Part shown: one piece after another, positions 29,201 through 43,970 of the stretch
How positions within the stretch are numbered: the first letter of the stretch is position 1
Layout: each line of letters starts with the position of its first letter
Assembly (NCBI GenBank): GCA_964035545.1
Contig: OZ037772.1
Span: 10,290,818-10,354,817 of the forward strand
Length of the DNA stretch: 64,000 bases
Source of the DNA: Bugula neritina
Taxonomy: Eukaryota > Animalia > Bryozoa
Direction of reading: 5' to 3'
Notes under the pieces: generated by a model
The model's input: the letters and a program-made list of their open reading frames with translations, nothing else
What the model was told of the DNA's origin: nothing
The model's database searches: none
Made by a program: the position numbers and the translations under genes

Positions 29201-32200
29201 ACCTGCCTATAAAATAAATGATGAATTTATTAGTGATAGATCATTAACTATAGGCTATATAGTATATACAGTATAATAATTATATATAAAAGTTAACAGT
29301 GTAACACTATCTGTTATATAACCTGGTATAGCAATACAGGTATACTACATTTAGCATAAACACATATAGTAAATACCATCATATTATTCATATTATAATA
29401 AACATTATTATAAAATACCTACATAATATTATGTAACTTATTATATTATATATTATTATATTATTCACCTACCTATCTACGATATTTATATTACTATAAA
29501 CACTAATTATGAAATATATAATATTATGTAACATATTATTATGTTATGCTATAATTATTCACCTACCTACACATTCCGCATTTAAGAGCATTTAGCCTTC
29601 CATAGAATTCATTCAAACACTTGTCACAGTGTGGGTGAGTACAAGGTAATGCCTTACATTCCTCTAACTTGAGATGAGACAAACAAATAGTACATCTCAC
29701 CATTGGTTGTGGTTTAGATGCCATTTTGTTCTACAAATACTATGAAAAGTTGACAAAATCATAATTATATTGATATTGGCATACTCATCATAATAATTAT
29801 CACAGTGATGAAGTTGATAATAAACAAGTTTCTGCTATGGTTTAACTTATAGAACATAAGATTTCGTATAACAAGTATAGTTCATTTCACAACCAAACTG
29901 TTGGTTGCATAGTGAGGTATTATTTTATCTTTTTAGCTTTTTAACTTTTCAGACTCACTCCAAGTTTAGACTTTTTACAAAGCTCATTACTGCATAAATC
30001 TTTTTCTTGTACTTTTCACTTTGATGTACAGTTCTTTTTATAATTAGTGTTTTAAATGCATATTCAACCATAACTGACACTCCATTCTTGCTCGCAAACC
30101 AACTATAAGAGTTATGTTTTAGCAGTGCATTAAAACAAAAACTATAACCCACATCTGTAGTAGCTATATCAAAACCACAACAGTGGTGCTAGCTTTTTGG
30201 TGGTTACTGATAATCTTTACAAGTCAAAATTACAAGATATTGACTGTGAAACTTTGGCAAGTATAAAGGTTAACAACACCATGCAGTTGCTTCAACTAGA
30301 AATGTAAAACTTACCAGCACAATTAGCATTCACTTAGTAACTCCAGTTAGTTGATTTAAATTTGAGTTGAGTGAGTTTAAATGATTGTTCAATTTAAAGG
30401 TAAATGTTCCCTACAAGTTTCCTCTCCTTTATGAACTCAAAAATGGAACTGATGGTGCAAGTGGAAACTGCTCTTCAGTGAAACCTTGAAATAGTTAATG
30501 AGGGAATTTTATTATTCCCCTTCTTAGCCTTATCTGCTTTAAAGCTATGTCTAATGTTTACCAAGTGTGATAAAGGATCACCAGGTATTTATGATAGCTG
30601 CAAAATACACTTAAGTTGGTGATAACATTGCCATGCAAAGGGTTAATGCGTTGGGATTGTTTTTAGAGCTGAGTAAACATACAAGGGTTCAGCTGCTGTT
30701 TGTCAGAATTAATGAAGCTCATGTAACAAAAAGCTTGTTCAAAATATAATGATTGTCAAATTATATAAAGCATAATTATAACAGAGATTACTCATTACAT
30801 TTCTTGACATTTTTCATCTTGGGGTCATAAAGCTATATATTTAATGCACGAATCCAGCATAATGCAATGGATTTTTCATTCAATTCATGAGGTCATAGTG
30901 AACATCACAAACACCCAATAATACTCAACTACTTCCATACTGTATGTTAAGTATTTGCATTTGAAACAACAACCAAGAATGCCAGACTGTTGAATTTGTA
31001 ACAGAACTTTTTGTAATGATGTTCTCAAATATCATCGGTTAGCAACTACTCAAGGAATTGATTCAACAAGATGCTTGATGTTTGGTTACCATGGTGTTTG
31101 TTTACTTCATTATATTAACCATTCACCTTCACACATGAAGTCTACAAATAACATACAGAAATATATAGAAATGCATAATTCCTGCAAGAGTATAAATTCT
31201 AAAAGGCACAAATTTGAATTTAGAAAGCAATGGTAACCAGGCACAGTGGTCATGCGGGTACAAAAAATCAATGGAACCTCAAGAAAAATTGTTGACTTAG
31301 AGTTGTGTTTTATCTTCAAAAAAAATTACATAATTTTTCAGCCATTGTTTTTTAGCACTAGGTGAACTTACATTTTAAGTAAGTAAGTCCATGTTTGTTT
31401 TAAGGACTTGTTGTAACTTTTCAAGATGTCATCCAAGCATTTAGCTTTTTATACTCAAAGGTATAAACAAGCCTAGTTTATTTAACAGATATTATCGTCA
31501 TCACTTGTATCTGCCCTAATTAACTAGTGTAATAGCCAATTGAAAAGCAATTTTCATTCAGCTACCGTATACATTTGTTTTTCAAGTTGGCCATGTGCAT
31601 GGGGCACAATGGGCCACCTGACCATATTCTACTCCTATCATTTTTATCATTTGGCTTGCCAAAAACTTTAATTTGAGGGAATTTTATTTCTCCCCTATTT
31701 AGCCTTATCTGCTTTAAAACCCTACCTGATGTTTACTAAGTGTGATAAGAGTCAAATGGCATTTATGACTGTTATAAAATGCATGCAACTTGGTGATAAA
31801 CTTGCGAATTGCGTAGGTCACATACTTTGTGCTGCATCTCTCAATCCCCAAACCTGAAGCTAGGGTCTCAAGTATTCATATCTTTAAATAAGTATATGTA
31901 TATTTCAACAGCTTATAACATATTGTTTTGAGTAGAGAATAATTTAATGTTTTTAATACATAAACAATTATAAGGCTGCACGTCAAATATTGCTCCAGCT
32001 CTGTCAATCAAGGATTTTAAAAAGTGCAAATAGCTACTGGTAAGTATGTGATTGAATATAGGGCTGGGGGGAGGGGAACCTGAGTTAACTTGACATAAAA
32101 AATTAAATTATGTAAAATGAAGTTAATCTGATAACAATTTTCGTCCACAGGGATTCGAATCTGAAACCTCTGGCCTGCAAGTAAGTGTGCTAACCATTAC

Positions 32201-35200
32201 ACCACAGGGACCATTGGACTACAGTTAACCAGCGTCAACATATATAACATAATCTAAGGTAACAATTATGAGGCCAGCCTCCTCCAGAACGAGTAATATA
32301 TATTTCCAAAAACAACACATTAACATTAGCTCAAATACTCATATACTTGTAAACATAAAACAAGTTTGTAATAAAATATTAAACATAGAACCATCAATAA
32401 ATTGAAAAAAGGTAATAATTCAAATCTTTCACTCCAAAGAAGTCAGTGTCCTGTAGTCTTTCATCCTAAAATTACAAAACTATATGCAAAAAGTTGAAAG
32501 TTTGTGTTTTCATCAAAACAGTGAAGGGCTAACAGTTTAGTTTGATACCCAAGTTTAAAGAGTGGATCATTTGTCCATGTTTGACATTGGTATTCAGTTC
32601 CCTTCTGAATATCCCATATAAACATGTATCAATATATTCTAAGATTTACATATGTAAGTTAAATATTATGTGTAATTAAACTATGTTAACTTAACGACAT
32701 TATGTATAATTACTAAAAAAATGCAGTAAAATAAATTTTTCAGATTAAAATGCTTCGTAATACGTAATTAGACTGTCCTAAGTCTACTTATAATATAACC
32801 ATATTTTATAAGAAGAAGGCAACTTCTTTCGTATGTCCCAGATATGGAATGTCCTGCAAATAGTATAACATTGTATATCATTTAGTATAAGAGTATGACA
32901 CATTAGTATACCATATTATGTATAATGTCAACAGCTGCTTTATAGTTTGATTATCAGTTGATAAATAAACAAGTGGAGATAACTGGTAATATGTACACTA
33001 CTGGTTAACCATCATTGATTATACATACAAAACAGTAAAACAGAATACAACTTACAATATAAAACAATAATACAATACATATCACAAATATAACACAGCA
33101 CATGCCATAACATACAACGCAATACAACATACAATGTGACATGGTGTAATGTAATACAACACCATATGCAAAGTCATTCTACAAATACATACAAGGGAAA
33201 ACATTGCAGCAGGAATTACTGACCCTTGTCAGAGTATCCAGTCTATTAGTTCACGTTCACTTCAGCTGATAGAACTGAACTTCTCCATTAGAAGAGTGTA
33301 CTGGAACTACTAGAGTAGCGCCAGTGATGTGTAAATCCAATATGAGCCTGTTTTCAGTTATAGATATCCTGTTTAATAGCTTCCCTATAATAATTATGTG
33401 AAAATTTGTTGTAGAAATCAAGGAAATAAATGAAGTATAACTCAAAAGTAGGTTATCAAACAAACAATTAGTAAATTCACCATCGCACTAAATTGTAAAG
33501 TGCATAGAATAAACATGTATTTCACACAGTAACTAACCTGTATGCAATGATAGCACACAGACTGTAGCTGTAGGTTCAGCATTATCAGCCAGAAGTACAA
33601 ACTCATCTCTATAGCAGGTCACTCCATTAGGTTCAGCCACATTCTTACACTGCCAGATGATGTCACCTGATGAGGTGTCTACTCTGTATACTGGAAATGA
33701 GTCACTCTGAGATATAATAATTGAGTTGTTATCTGCAGCAGACAGATGTACAGAAGTATCAGTAAGTAAAGGACAGGGTAAAGTGTTTACTACCTCCCCA
33801 TTCAGAGAGTAGAGTACTAGAGTCTTATTCAGCCTGTCAGGAATAGCTATCTGATTGTTTATGATGACAAGCTGATTTTTCCACAGGAGTTTATTATCTG
33901 TATGTGTCCAGCTGGTGATAGGCTTCCCTTCAAGGTCATGAACTCTCACAGTTGAATCAGCAGACAGAGTATATATCCTATCATTATGTACTGAGATACT
34001 CCACACACAGCTACCTTTAATAGAGATGAACGATTTAGTAACTTTGTTGTTCTCATCTAACTTGTCTACACCTCCATGACACCTAGCATATGTGACACCT
34101 TTATAAGTGTAAACAGAATAGCAGTGTGGAGAAACTTCAACAGCTTTTATCAGTTTTACAGACTTGGGTGGTGGAAGTAAGACAATCAGTCCTTCTTCAG
34201 GAGTTATAGTTGCTCTTCTTTCATTGGTCAGCTCAATCTCTGTATCTCTTTTCTCTTCTGTAATAAAATATTGACATGCATGACATGGTAATATAATATA
34301 AAACAGCTGATACATCAGAAAAACTAGCAGGTATATAAACATACATGCATGTATATTTTGATGCATCACTATACAAAAAAACCATCAGTAGTATAGCAAC
34401 ACTGAAAGGATCATACACTTTTCATTTAAACAATTATTATTATAATTTTGGTTTTTTTAGACCAGATTATTTTTATGGGAATCAAATATTAAAAAAGTTG
34501 ACTACAGAAAAAAATCAGCAGCTGCCATTCATGTCAACAAATTAATAAAATCAGTTTTAATGATATTCTATTTTAGTGAAATATACTACAATATTAAATT
34601 AGGTTCTGTTCACCAACAACTTGTATTAGTATTCTCCAAGAGTAAGCACAGCTATTGCACGAGTGTGTGAATCTATAGAATAGTTGAGAGAAGCTTACAA
34701 ATTGGGGGAGATATAGGCCACTTCCCTTTCTCAGTGTAAAATACACACTAAAGATTCCCACCATATAACTTGGTTTAATGAGATATAGGGGTGTAGTGCG
34801 GCAATAATACAAACCCAGTTTTGGAAAATAGTAGTGCCTTTACCATGTTAAATTAAAATATTATTGATAATGTATTTTTATAACACAGATCAATAGAGCG
34901 AAATACCAGATGAAGTGAATGTAACAGTTGGCAACATAGGTAAAGCTTACATACAAATATAGCCTATATACCTCAAATTCACCAATCAAAATATATTCAG
35001 TTGATGATGTTACTTTAATATAGCTGTAGATAAAAATGTCATAAAAATTAACAACGTTTATATAGCTCTATTTGATATCTTGTTTAAAATAGTTTTGCAT
35101 GGATATAACATGTAAAACTGACCTTTGACTTTCACAGATGTTACAAGATCAAAATCCATTAATTTAGGAATCTCTTCTGTCAACAACCTATCAATCTCCT

Positions 35201-38200
35201 TCTTCATATCACGATATGACTTGATGATGTCAACCTAACAATATTATATATACAGACAATGTGACACTGTGTAGCAGGTGTTTGGGAGTTGTCTGCTATT
35301 ATAGAGAATGCCAGTGTTGACTATGGACAATGAGATCAACAACAATGCTGTATTTGACACTAACAAAACCATTTAAAAGGCAGCAGTGCAATGCAAAATA
35401 TTGAAGTATAGAGATTGCAATGCAGTATAAGGGAAACAGACTTTTACAAACTAATGGGTGAAGTTTATGCTAATAAACTATACCCTAAGTCAGCACAGCA
35501 CCATAAGAAAGCACAGATTTCAAATTTGACAGTGTGCTATATGGCATTGAAAACAGTATCCTAATATAGTGTTATAAAGTATGCTATAGCATTGTAAACT
35601 CTCCTATAGTAATATACAGTGTCATATTATGGTGTTATACTGCAGCATCCTGCAGTATTTCACAGTATTCTATGGCATTATACAGTATTTCATAGTATTA
35701 TACATGCAGCATCCTAGAGTACTATACAGTATTATATATTATAGGTATTATGGTATTATTGTATTATACAGTATCCCACGGTATAATAATACAGTGTCAT
35801 ATGGTGTTAGTACCAGCCGTCAAACATTTTCAGACTGAGGGCAACTGAAATGGAATACTCTGATGACGGAGGCTACTCTGTAAAACTTAGCTTGAGCTGG
35901 GGCCCCAATGACAGCATTTCTCAAATTACTTTATTCCAAATTCTTATAAATCATTACACAATGAAGTCTCATTAACTCCTACAGGCTGCATGTTTTAGCA
36001 TGTACACAAAGATACATGTATTTAAAAAGTATTTTTTCCACTCTAATTTATATATCTGATAGAGCAACATAATTTTATGTTTATGCCTTTGAGGGTAGCA
36101 TAAATGTTGGACAGTCCTGTGTTATACAGCATGATATGTTATAGTACAGTTTCATTACTGCCTCTATTGGTGATTACCTGATTCATTTTCTACTTATGTA
36201 CTCTTTAGATGTTATTTACAGATAGAGAAACAATGAATATAGAATTTATATAAAGACATTGAAATATATAAACTGCTACAGATCCTAACATCTACTATAT
36301 ATGCTCTGCAACTAACCTCATGACTTTGGTCTAATTTATCCTCTATTCCTTCTCTGTGATTATACAGCTCACAGTATCTAGCCCCAACTTCCTCTACCAT
36401 GAAATTCACGGCTTGCCTCTCAGTCTTTTCTCTCTTCTCCACCAGTTCTTTCTCCAGTTTGTCATACTTCTGTTGAATAGCTGCTATCTAAATACAGTCA
36501 CATTAAATGTTAGACAAGTTAGAATAGTTTGAAGAGTGTCTGAGTGTATAACCATCTTGCATCTACCAAAAAAGTAGCTTATCTCAGATGATTATAAAAA
36601 AGCTATAAACAAACTCTCACAGTTTCTATATGATCTTTATAATTATCAAATTTAAAAACCATGTAATAGTCACCTGATCATCACGCTGTTTACATAGCAT
36701 CCTCAGTAACTTTTTGGTTTCAGCTCTAAACTCATCAATGTTTGCAGCTATCTGTTTGTAATATCCAGATAAGTTGTCTTCTCTTGTCTTCAACTTTGTG
36801 ACTTCCACCAGCTGCATTGTTAAATCTTTCAATGTCAAAAGTGTATGCTGGGATGCACCTGAAGTAATATATACAAAGTAATGTATAAGCTGTTGTGTAC
36901 CTGAATCATGTAATATATATAGCAAGTAAACAGAAGGATAGACACTTACCATCGTCACAAACACCAGCTGTAGATACACACTGAGTACAGAGTAGTTTGA
37001 GACAGACTTTACAACCCAAAGTATACTCTACGTCTGCATGCGTCTCACACATTCTCTTCTCTAACTTAGCAGCACGAGCTTTATACTCTGTCATATTTAT
37101 TCTAGAATGTTCCTCAGCCAGATTGTCATGGTCCTAAGACAAATATATACATTATAATGGTCCTAATGTCATGATCGTATAATGCCTAAAGTATATATGC
37201 AATAGTATACAATTTAATAATATTCAAAGATATAATATTGTACAATCTATTACAATAAAAGCATGAATGTAAGAAATCAATCTTGAGAGTTATGTCTCTT
37301 GATCATAACTTTTATCTTATGTATAATAAACTACAGCATGCTGATCGATAAATGTTAGTAGGTAAAGACACAAAACCAATTCATGTGAGCAAATGAGTAA
37401 AAACAAGTGAAAATAAATGATTGTTTTTGATTGATGAACCAAATCAAATATTGTAAATAATTTGTTGCGAAGCCATTAAATTATTTCTTCGCAGAATATC
37501 ATCAAAATTTGAAGCTTTTAGTTTCAAAATATCACATATAAGGATATGTGCCCAGAAAACACGAAAAATAGTGTTAACTTACAATGACATGTTTAGCACA
37601 GTACAGTTTGGAACAAACTAAACAATACATCAGAGCAGGTGTATTATTCACTCCTGACTTTGTACAGACTTCACAGAGTATAGACTTATTTATCTGTTTC
37701 ATCTGGTCTACTGTTGGTAACCTATCAGGTGTTGTATTGAACACTTGTCTGTAACATGAATACTTCGATTGTTCATACATTATCTGCCATATGTTGTAGA
37801 TGACATGGTATATCAAGAGTGTATTATTAGAATAATAAGCAAAATATTTATGTGAATCTATTATTTATGCTGGTGATCACAACTGTTTACTCTTGTAGAG
37901 CAAAATTTCAATCTACAAGTTGCTGTGAAACACACACATTGCTCATCACTTTACACATCTCTACACAATATAATTTAATCAACTAGTAACTTTATTAATC
38001 AGTTGTTATATATATGATAGTCATCATAGACTAATATCAATACAGAATGCTTTTGTTAAGCAGTATGAAGATCCTAATAATCAATTAATAGATGCTAGCT
38101 TTGGCACAATGAAATCAATACAGAGTGCTGGTATGAAATAGCACAACATCCAGTATAGCCTTATAATAATGGATTAATAAATATAACACCATGGCATGGT

Positions 38201-38337
38201 ATATACACTGACATCAATACAAAGTATTTTTATTAATTAACATTATTCACTATATTATTGTCTTAGCATTTTGTCTGCTGTTAACATAATTATTGCTTTA
38301 CAATTTGGTGTTATATTTAATAATGGATTATTAAATA

Positions 38338-39687
38338 TAACGGGGGGGGGGGGGGGGGGGGGACACAATCGGCTGAATTTTACATTTTTTGCTCACATTC
38401 ATCTGTTTTTCAAGTTACTAGTTCAATAATCTCTAGTCTTAATGCTGCATCTGTTGTCTATTACAGGTATCAGTTTGTTGTTTCTATCTCTCTCACAACT
38501 TTCAGAATAATGAAATTTTCATGACAAAAGAATCGGTTCATTCTGCCCCGGTACCGGGGTACAACGGGCCACTGGGTGGGACTCAACAAATATATTGAAA
38601 CTTTGCAGATTTTGTTGCACCTGATTCTTATTTATTTAATATTATAAATGAATAAAAATATTCTTTCAGATCTAAAGCAAAATTCATGTTTTAGCTGAAC
38701 AGTTTGTGCCACCATGGATAGCAGAGGAAGGCAAAATCAAACGCACATCACTCGGTTTTACGGTGCCATTATTATTAGTTTAGTTTAATTTAGAACTAAA
38801 AATGTTTTTCATTTACACTTGAGAGGAACTTTTATCAAACATAAAAAACTTTAGTTACATGTGCTACAAAATTTTGAGTGGACTTTTTTCTATGAACTGT
38901 AGCTAAGGTGCATGGCTTCGGTTTGTGGCTGGGGTACGGAAGGGAGAGGGGGGAGCGAATGAGCAAATCACAATTTATTTTAGTCAAATACATGTATATT
39001 CCCTCAATGATATAATTTATAATGAATATCATGACTATCTACTAGTAGGAACAGCAGAGTGTTTTGTATTACGTATAAAATAGCATATATAGCTTTTAAC
39101 CTCACCAGATGTATAATATATTAGGGGAGCTTCAACTTGTAGTTTTGTAGTCTTACCATGATGTCTTTGATATTTTACAAAAAGGTCAGAAATGGCTATA
39201 TCTATAGATTTTAGTAACATTTCAACCAACTTTTTGGGCAAACAAACTAATAACAGTGATCAGGGTACAATAATCAGGTGGCCCATTGTGCCCGGTCAGC
39301 GTGGCCCATTGTGCCCCTGATGGCCAAATTGAACATAAATGTGGCTCAAGGAAAATTTGTTTTAGAGTTTGCTGTTATACTAATTAAGCAATGTAGAGAC
39401 AAGCAATGGCAACAATATCAGTAAAATCTAGGCTTGTTGCCTTTGAGTGTAAAAAGTTATAAAGCTTTAACGACATCTAAAAAACTTTACAAAAAGTAGG
39501 TAAAAACAGTTTTTTACTCACCTTTTCAACACGTATGTTTCGCAAGTGTTGAAACTACAATGGCTGAATATTTATGTCAATACCTTTTTATGAAAAAAAA
39601 TCACAATTCTAAGTCAATAAATTCTCTCACAATTTGGCCGGCTTTTTGTACCCCTATGACCGTTGTGCCCCCCCCCCCGTTACCCCT
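38338..39687. mobile_element. About 1.3-kb non-autonomous TIR element with G-rich ends (probably Tc1/mariner/pogo superfamily), intron 1 of copy 3
   Basis: Ends TAACG(n)ACACAATCGG ... CCGTTGTGC(n)GTTACCCC|TA, with the internal hairpin CATTCTGCCCCGGTACCGGGGTACAACGG. Highly similar to 56506-57810. Confidence 0.85.
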
Positions 39688-40592
39688 ACACTGAAATCAA
39701 TACAAGGTATCTTTATTAATAACTATTATTCACTAGATTAATGTCTTAGCGTCTTGTCTGCTGCTAACATAATTATTGATTTACAAGATTTGATCATGTT
39801 ATAACTTATACACCAAAAGAATAGAATCATGAAAACAAGAAATTATAACGTATAAGTAACAATCGATAATATATAGCCTATTGTGTATAATTCTAAGTGA
39901 TTTATTATAATTTCTTTGTGTTTTCTCTCTTTTATATTGTCGCAGCCTTATAAACTTATAACTGCCAGTCTATTTTCAAAGAGCATTCAAGAGAAAGAAA
40001 TGTTTTGCTTAACATTCATCAAATCAATACATCTCTCTCTTTATGGTCCTCAATTGAGTTTATTGATTGCCTCGTGACATGGCAGGTGTTCAAAAACTAA
40101 AGCAAAACTATCTCCATATTATTCTTTCAACAGAAAGTTGAACTTTTAACTTGGGTTTATTTTATTGACAACTTTGATACATCTTGAATAATTTAATGTC
40201 CTAAAAAACTGGGATCAGTATATAAACTGAGACCAGCTTCGTATTGCCAATAAACCTTCATCCTTACTGAAGTGAAATATTGGAAAGTTATAAAGAAATT
40301 ATGATGAACAAAGTATAGCTTTCTGCATTTGTCACCAAAAAACTATATGAAAAACTGTCCTAATGACCCTCAACTGCTATGGATGTCATCATAAAACCAG
40401 ATTACACATTACTGTATCTGCTTACAATACAAATATCTCATAATCTCCTTGTTACACTTGGTAATAATATATAGATAAAAGTTGTGATATGTGCTACATA
40501 TATAAGTATATACCATTAAATAATTGATAAAATAATTATGAATTAAATAATGTTATTCACCTACCGACATACTCCACATTTAAGAGCTTTTA

Positions 40593-43155
40593 CACAGTTA
40601 GTTTAAGGTCACACTTTTCATTTTCTGGCTCTTTGCCAGGTGCTTTATGTTCTATATGAACAATGTTCCACTGATAGCTCGAACAGGTTGAATGTCACAG
40701 GAACAAAAAAAATATGAAAAGATAAAGAAACTTATGTTCTCCAATATACTTTTTTATTTTTTTCAAAAGCCAATTCATGTTTAAGTTATAGCTTGTTGAA
40801 AAACATAGTCCCCCTTCCACATTCTTTTCAATTTATACGCTCCTGACTTGTTATTGTGTCTCAATATGCCTTGTATTTGAGTGCTTGTTAGTCTCGCTTC
40901 ACTAACTTTGCCTATACTTCACAAGTGCCAGTGCTGCTGGCTCAAAAGCTAAATGTTATAAACTGTCAGCTAAAACCCAATCTTGTACTCCTAGGTTGGT
41001 TGGCCTAAATAAAACAATAGTCAAATCATGATTTCATGTTTTAAAAATTTACTCTATTCTAACCTGCTGCCTAGCTATAGTTCTATTTTTGATGTATAAT
41101 TACAAAATTTGTGATACATTTTTTTGGCAACCATGTGATTTATAAAATGCAGTAATGGTACTTATAATATTATATTATTATCATTATAATATATTATATA
41201 GTATTATGTGTGTTTTTATTATACTGCATAATATCTATTTTATTATTGTTGTTGTGCAAACAAGTGCAATTAACCTAGTTTTCAAAATGTACCTCTAAAT
41301 TATCAGAATATCAGTTTAGATATGTTCATGCTTTGTAAGGTAAACCTAAAAAAAGAGGCTGTATTCCCAAAGTAAAGGGTGTTGAACTATGAACTATATT
41401 AGATTAGCCACTCTGCTACCAAGTGCATCAGTATAATATTATATGAATAGCTCTGAAGCTTTGTCTCCGGTGGCTGGCTGCGATATGATAACTTGGCCAA
41501 CTTCCAAGAGTTTAAAATTGGCGCAATTATTCAAGAGGTTACATACTGCACAGAACTAGCAGTGATAGTAACCTTGCTATCGGCTGTACTTATTACAACT
41601 GCCAGCATATAAGCTGCATTGTAGAATGCCGTTGGGGTAGGCTAGTAAAACCAAATTCTGCTCTCTAATATACCTTAGACACAATGCAGCAACATAATTG
41701 TTCGTTTCAAATTACATTGCCACCCTTACATGAGCTGTGGGCTTCATAAAGATTCATATGATTAGAGATTTATGCTATAGGCTAGCTATGATGAAAAGAA
41801 AACACCATTGTCAAAGTTAACTTCAAGTATGTTGTTTTCCAGAAACTCAGTAATGTCCATTTATATCTCTCGCATACAAATACTTATGTAATAGCATACA
41901 GTTTGAGTTTTATTTTAGAGCACATCTGCAAACTCTACAATAAGAGCTTGCTTTACCAGTCTATTTCAGACCTGTTTTTGTAGCTAGTAATACGCAAGCT
42001 ACTTATTTTTAAACTTTTGGGTTATTTGTTCAAAACCATTAGCTTTGCTAGTAACCCGAGACTATTGCAACAGTTGACTGCTATCAACATGAATTGACAG
42101 CCTAATAATTATAACCCATTTGCGCGCAAAATATTTATGTACTCATAGTTACTCATATAGTTGACAATTTATTAACGGTGACTGCGTGGTCCAGAGGTTA
42201 AAGGCTTCAGCGAGAAGCTGGTTGGTCATGGTTCAATCCTATTATGCTGCATTTTTTTTTGTCAATTTATGCAAATCCTACGCATGTATAATAAATATGG
42301 CTATAATTGTAAAGTTTTTTTTAACTTTTGTTCAACAGTAAGACAACATACATGCATAATACTTAGCTACTGAACACTGGGCTAAACTTTAAATTGATCT
42401 TATAGAATACAATGTACTTAAAATAATCATATGTGAATTAGAGAAACTGGAAGTACAACTGCTGCACTATAGACAGACCTTTACTGACAAGACTGCAAAG
42501 TGAAGTGATTTAGCTGAAATTAACTCTGCCAAACAAACAAAGAATTATGTTGTGCTGAGGCATTGTCAATAGATTGTAACATAGTGAGATGATTCAGCTA
42601 AGTGCTAATGTAAAACAGGGAACATTATATTGGCAGAAATCCAATAGATTGCCAATTTGTGCGAGAGGGTACTATATGTTATTGTGATAGCGCAGAGCGG
42701 CAAACGTACTAGGAATGTTATAATTAGTCACAGGAGCGTAGCTAGAACCACCATATGAAGAATTTAGATAATTGCAGTGAAACTTGCAAAATGGTGTATG
42801 TTTTTACCAAATTGTGAAGAGCATAAACAGAATTTCAAAAAACAAAGAAAGTATATTAGAGAAAACATATTAAGGAATGTCAAGTTTAACTTTTAGACTT
42901 TATAAAATGAATCCCCTGTGCTACAGCAGTGGAACATGGAGGGTGTAAAATTTTACTTATTATGCAACAACTTTCTCAGAAGATTTTTTATTGAAAAATT
43001 AAAAAAGTATATGAAAGAGGAATGCAAGAGCTATCTTTTCATGTAAAATTTGTTAATGTGAGACAAAAACTGTTCGAGCTATCCCCTGGAAACCGTTTAT
43101 ATATAACATAAAGCAGTGCCTGAATCTGGAAAGTAATGACCTTAAACTAACTGTG
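40593..43155. mobile_element. 2.56-kb non-autonomous TIR DNA transposon, TA target-site duplication, inserted in the RING exon of copy 3; inverted relative to 22803-25341
   Basis: GCTTTTA|CACAGTTAGTTTAAGGTCA ... TGACCTTAAACTAACTGTG|TAGCCTTCC; the empty site GCTTTTAGCCTTCC is present in copies 1 and 4. Confidence 0.95.
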
Positions 43156-43769
43156 TAGCCTTCCGTAGAATTCATTCAAACACTTGTCACAGTGTGGGTG
43201 AGTACAAGGTAGTGCCTTACATTCCTCTAACTTCAGTTTAGACAAACAAATAGTACATCTCACCATTTGTTGTGGTTTAGAAGCCATTTTGTCTTACAAG
43301 TAGAATAGTGTATGTTTTATTATTGTGTGGCATTAAAACATTGCAATAGCATGCATTACTTATTGCATAATATAACCAGTAAAAATATAGTATATCCAAG
43401 CATATGGAATTATATAACATGTACTATGTATACAGGGTACAATGTATGCTATACAGTGTAACATAATACATAAATAGAAGAATACAGGATAGGATAACCA
43501 GAGCCATGGTGTTCATCTACCATAGACATAAATACACAGTAAAGTTATTAAACTGGACAATTCAGCTAACACAAATCTATATGACATTCACTGTACTTTA
43601 ATTAGAAGTCTTTATTCTTACAATACAGCTTCAAGTACTTTACTTACATATTCAACTTGTGAAATACTTTTTTTCGATTAGTTGAAAAAGTGCTATTGTT
43701 AAAGCTGCTGTCATTATTATTGTTATGCTAAATATGTGTTGTATATCTATGGAAAATGCTTATATATTT

Positions 43770-43970
43770 GAGCAGCCTTGGTCTAGGGATTAGAGCGTAC
43801 GTTTGCCTAGTAAACATGAGGTCATGGGTTCGAACCCTGACTAAGGCCATTGGTGATGTTAGGAAGAGCATCCAGTCATAATTGCTCCTGTGCCTCATTT
43901 AAATAAGTCCTTAGCCTGATTTAACAAAAACCCTTCCCACCAGGGGTTTCTCACAGGAATAGTGACTATG
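43770..43970 (+). mobile_element. tRNA-derived SINE (same family as 25914-26201)
   Basis: GAGCAGCCTTGGTCTAGGG (A box), GGGTTCGAACCC (B box), then the shared body GGCCATTGGTGATGTTAGGAAGAGCATCCAGTC. Confidence 0.8.

Larger units (their letters stand above)
21718..29724 (-). pseudogene. TRIM-like copy 2, frameshifted in coding exon 4 (predicted 205-aa RING/B-box-only product)
   Basis: Exons 29724-29567, 29206-29041, 28422-28239, 28145-27962 (184 nt against 185 in the paralogs; TACAAACAGATA becomes TACAAAAGATAG, stop at 28038-28036), 27771-27601, 26539-26428, 22722-22006 and 21845-21718. The other exons are open. Confidence 0.8.
33257..43287 (-). pseudogene. TRIM-like copy 3, RING exon interrupted by a DNA transposon
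   Basis: The RING exon is split into 43287-43156 (MASKPQQMVRCTIC...FYGRL) and 40592-40565 (KALKCGVCR). The remaining exons 37748-37583, 37133-36950, 36858-36674, 36487-36317, 35234-35123, 34257-33538 and 33384-33257 are open with canonical sites. Confidence 0.85.

Noticed and set aside
32260-32640. Coding-looking block (also about 55580-55950) as a possible gene fragment
   Set aside because: Multiple stops in the frames I read and no identifiable domain; it needs blastx.
38835-39241. Short ORFs inside the 1.3-kb element (also 56460-57550) as a transposase
   Set aside because: Not conserved as ORFs between the two copies and no DDE/HTH motifs.
40593-40611. RAG/RSS-like recombination signals implying somatic rearrangement of the TRIM array
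   Set aside because: CACAGTT is simply a transposon TIR end with a TA duplication. There is no nonamer at 12/23 spacing and no segmented gene organisation.
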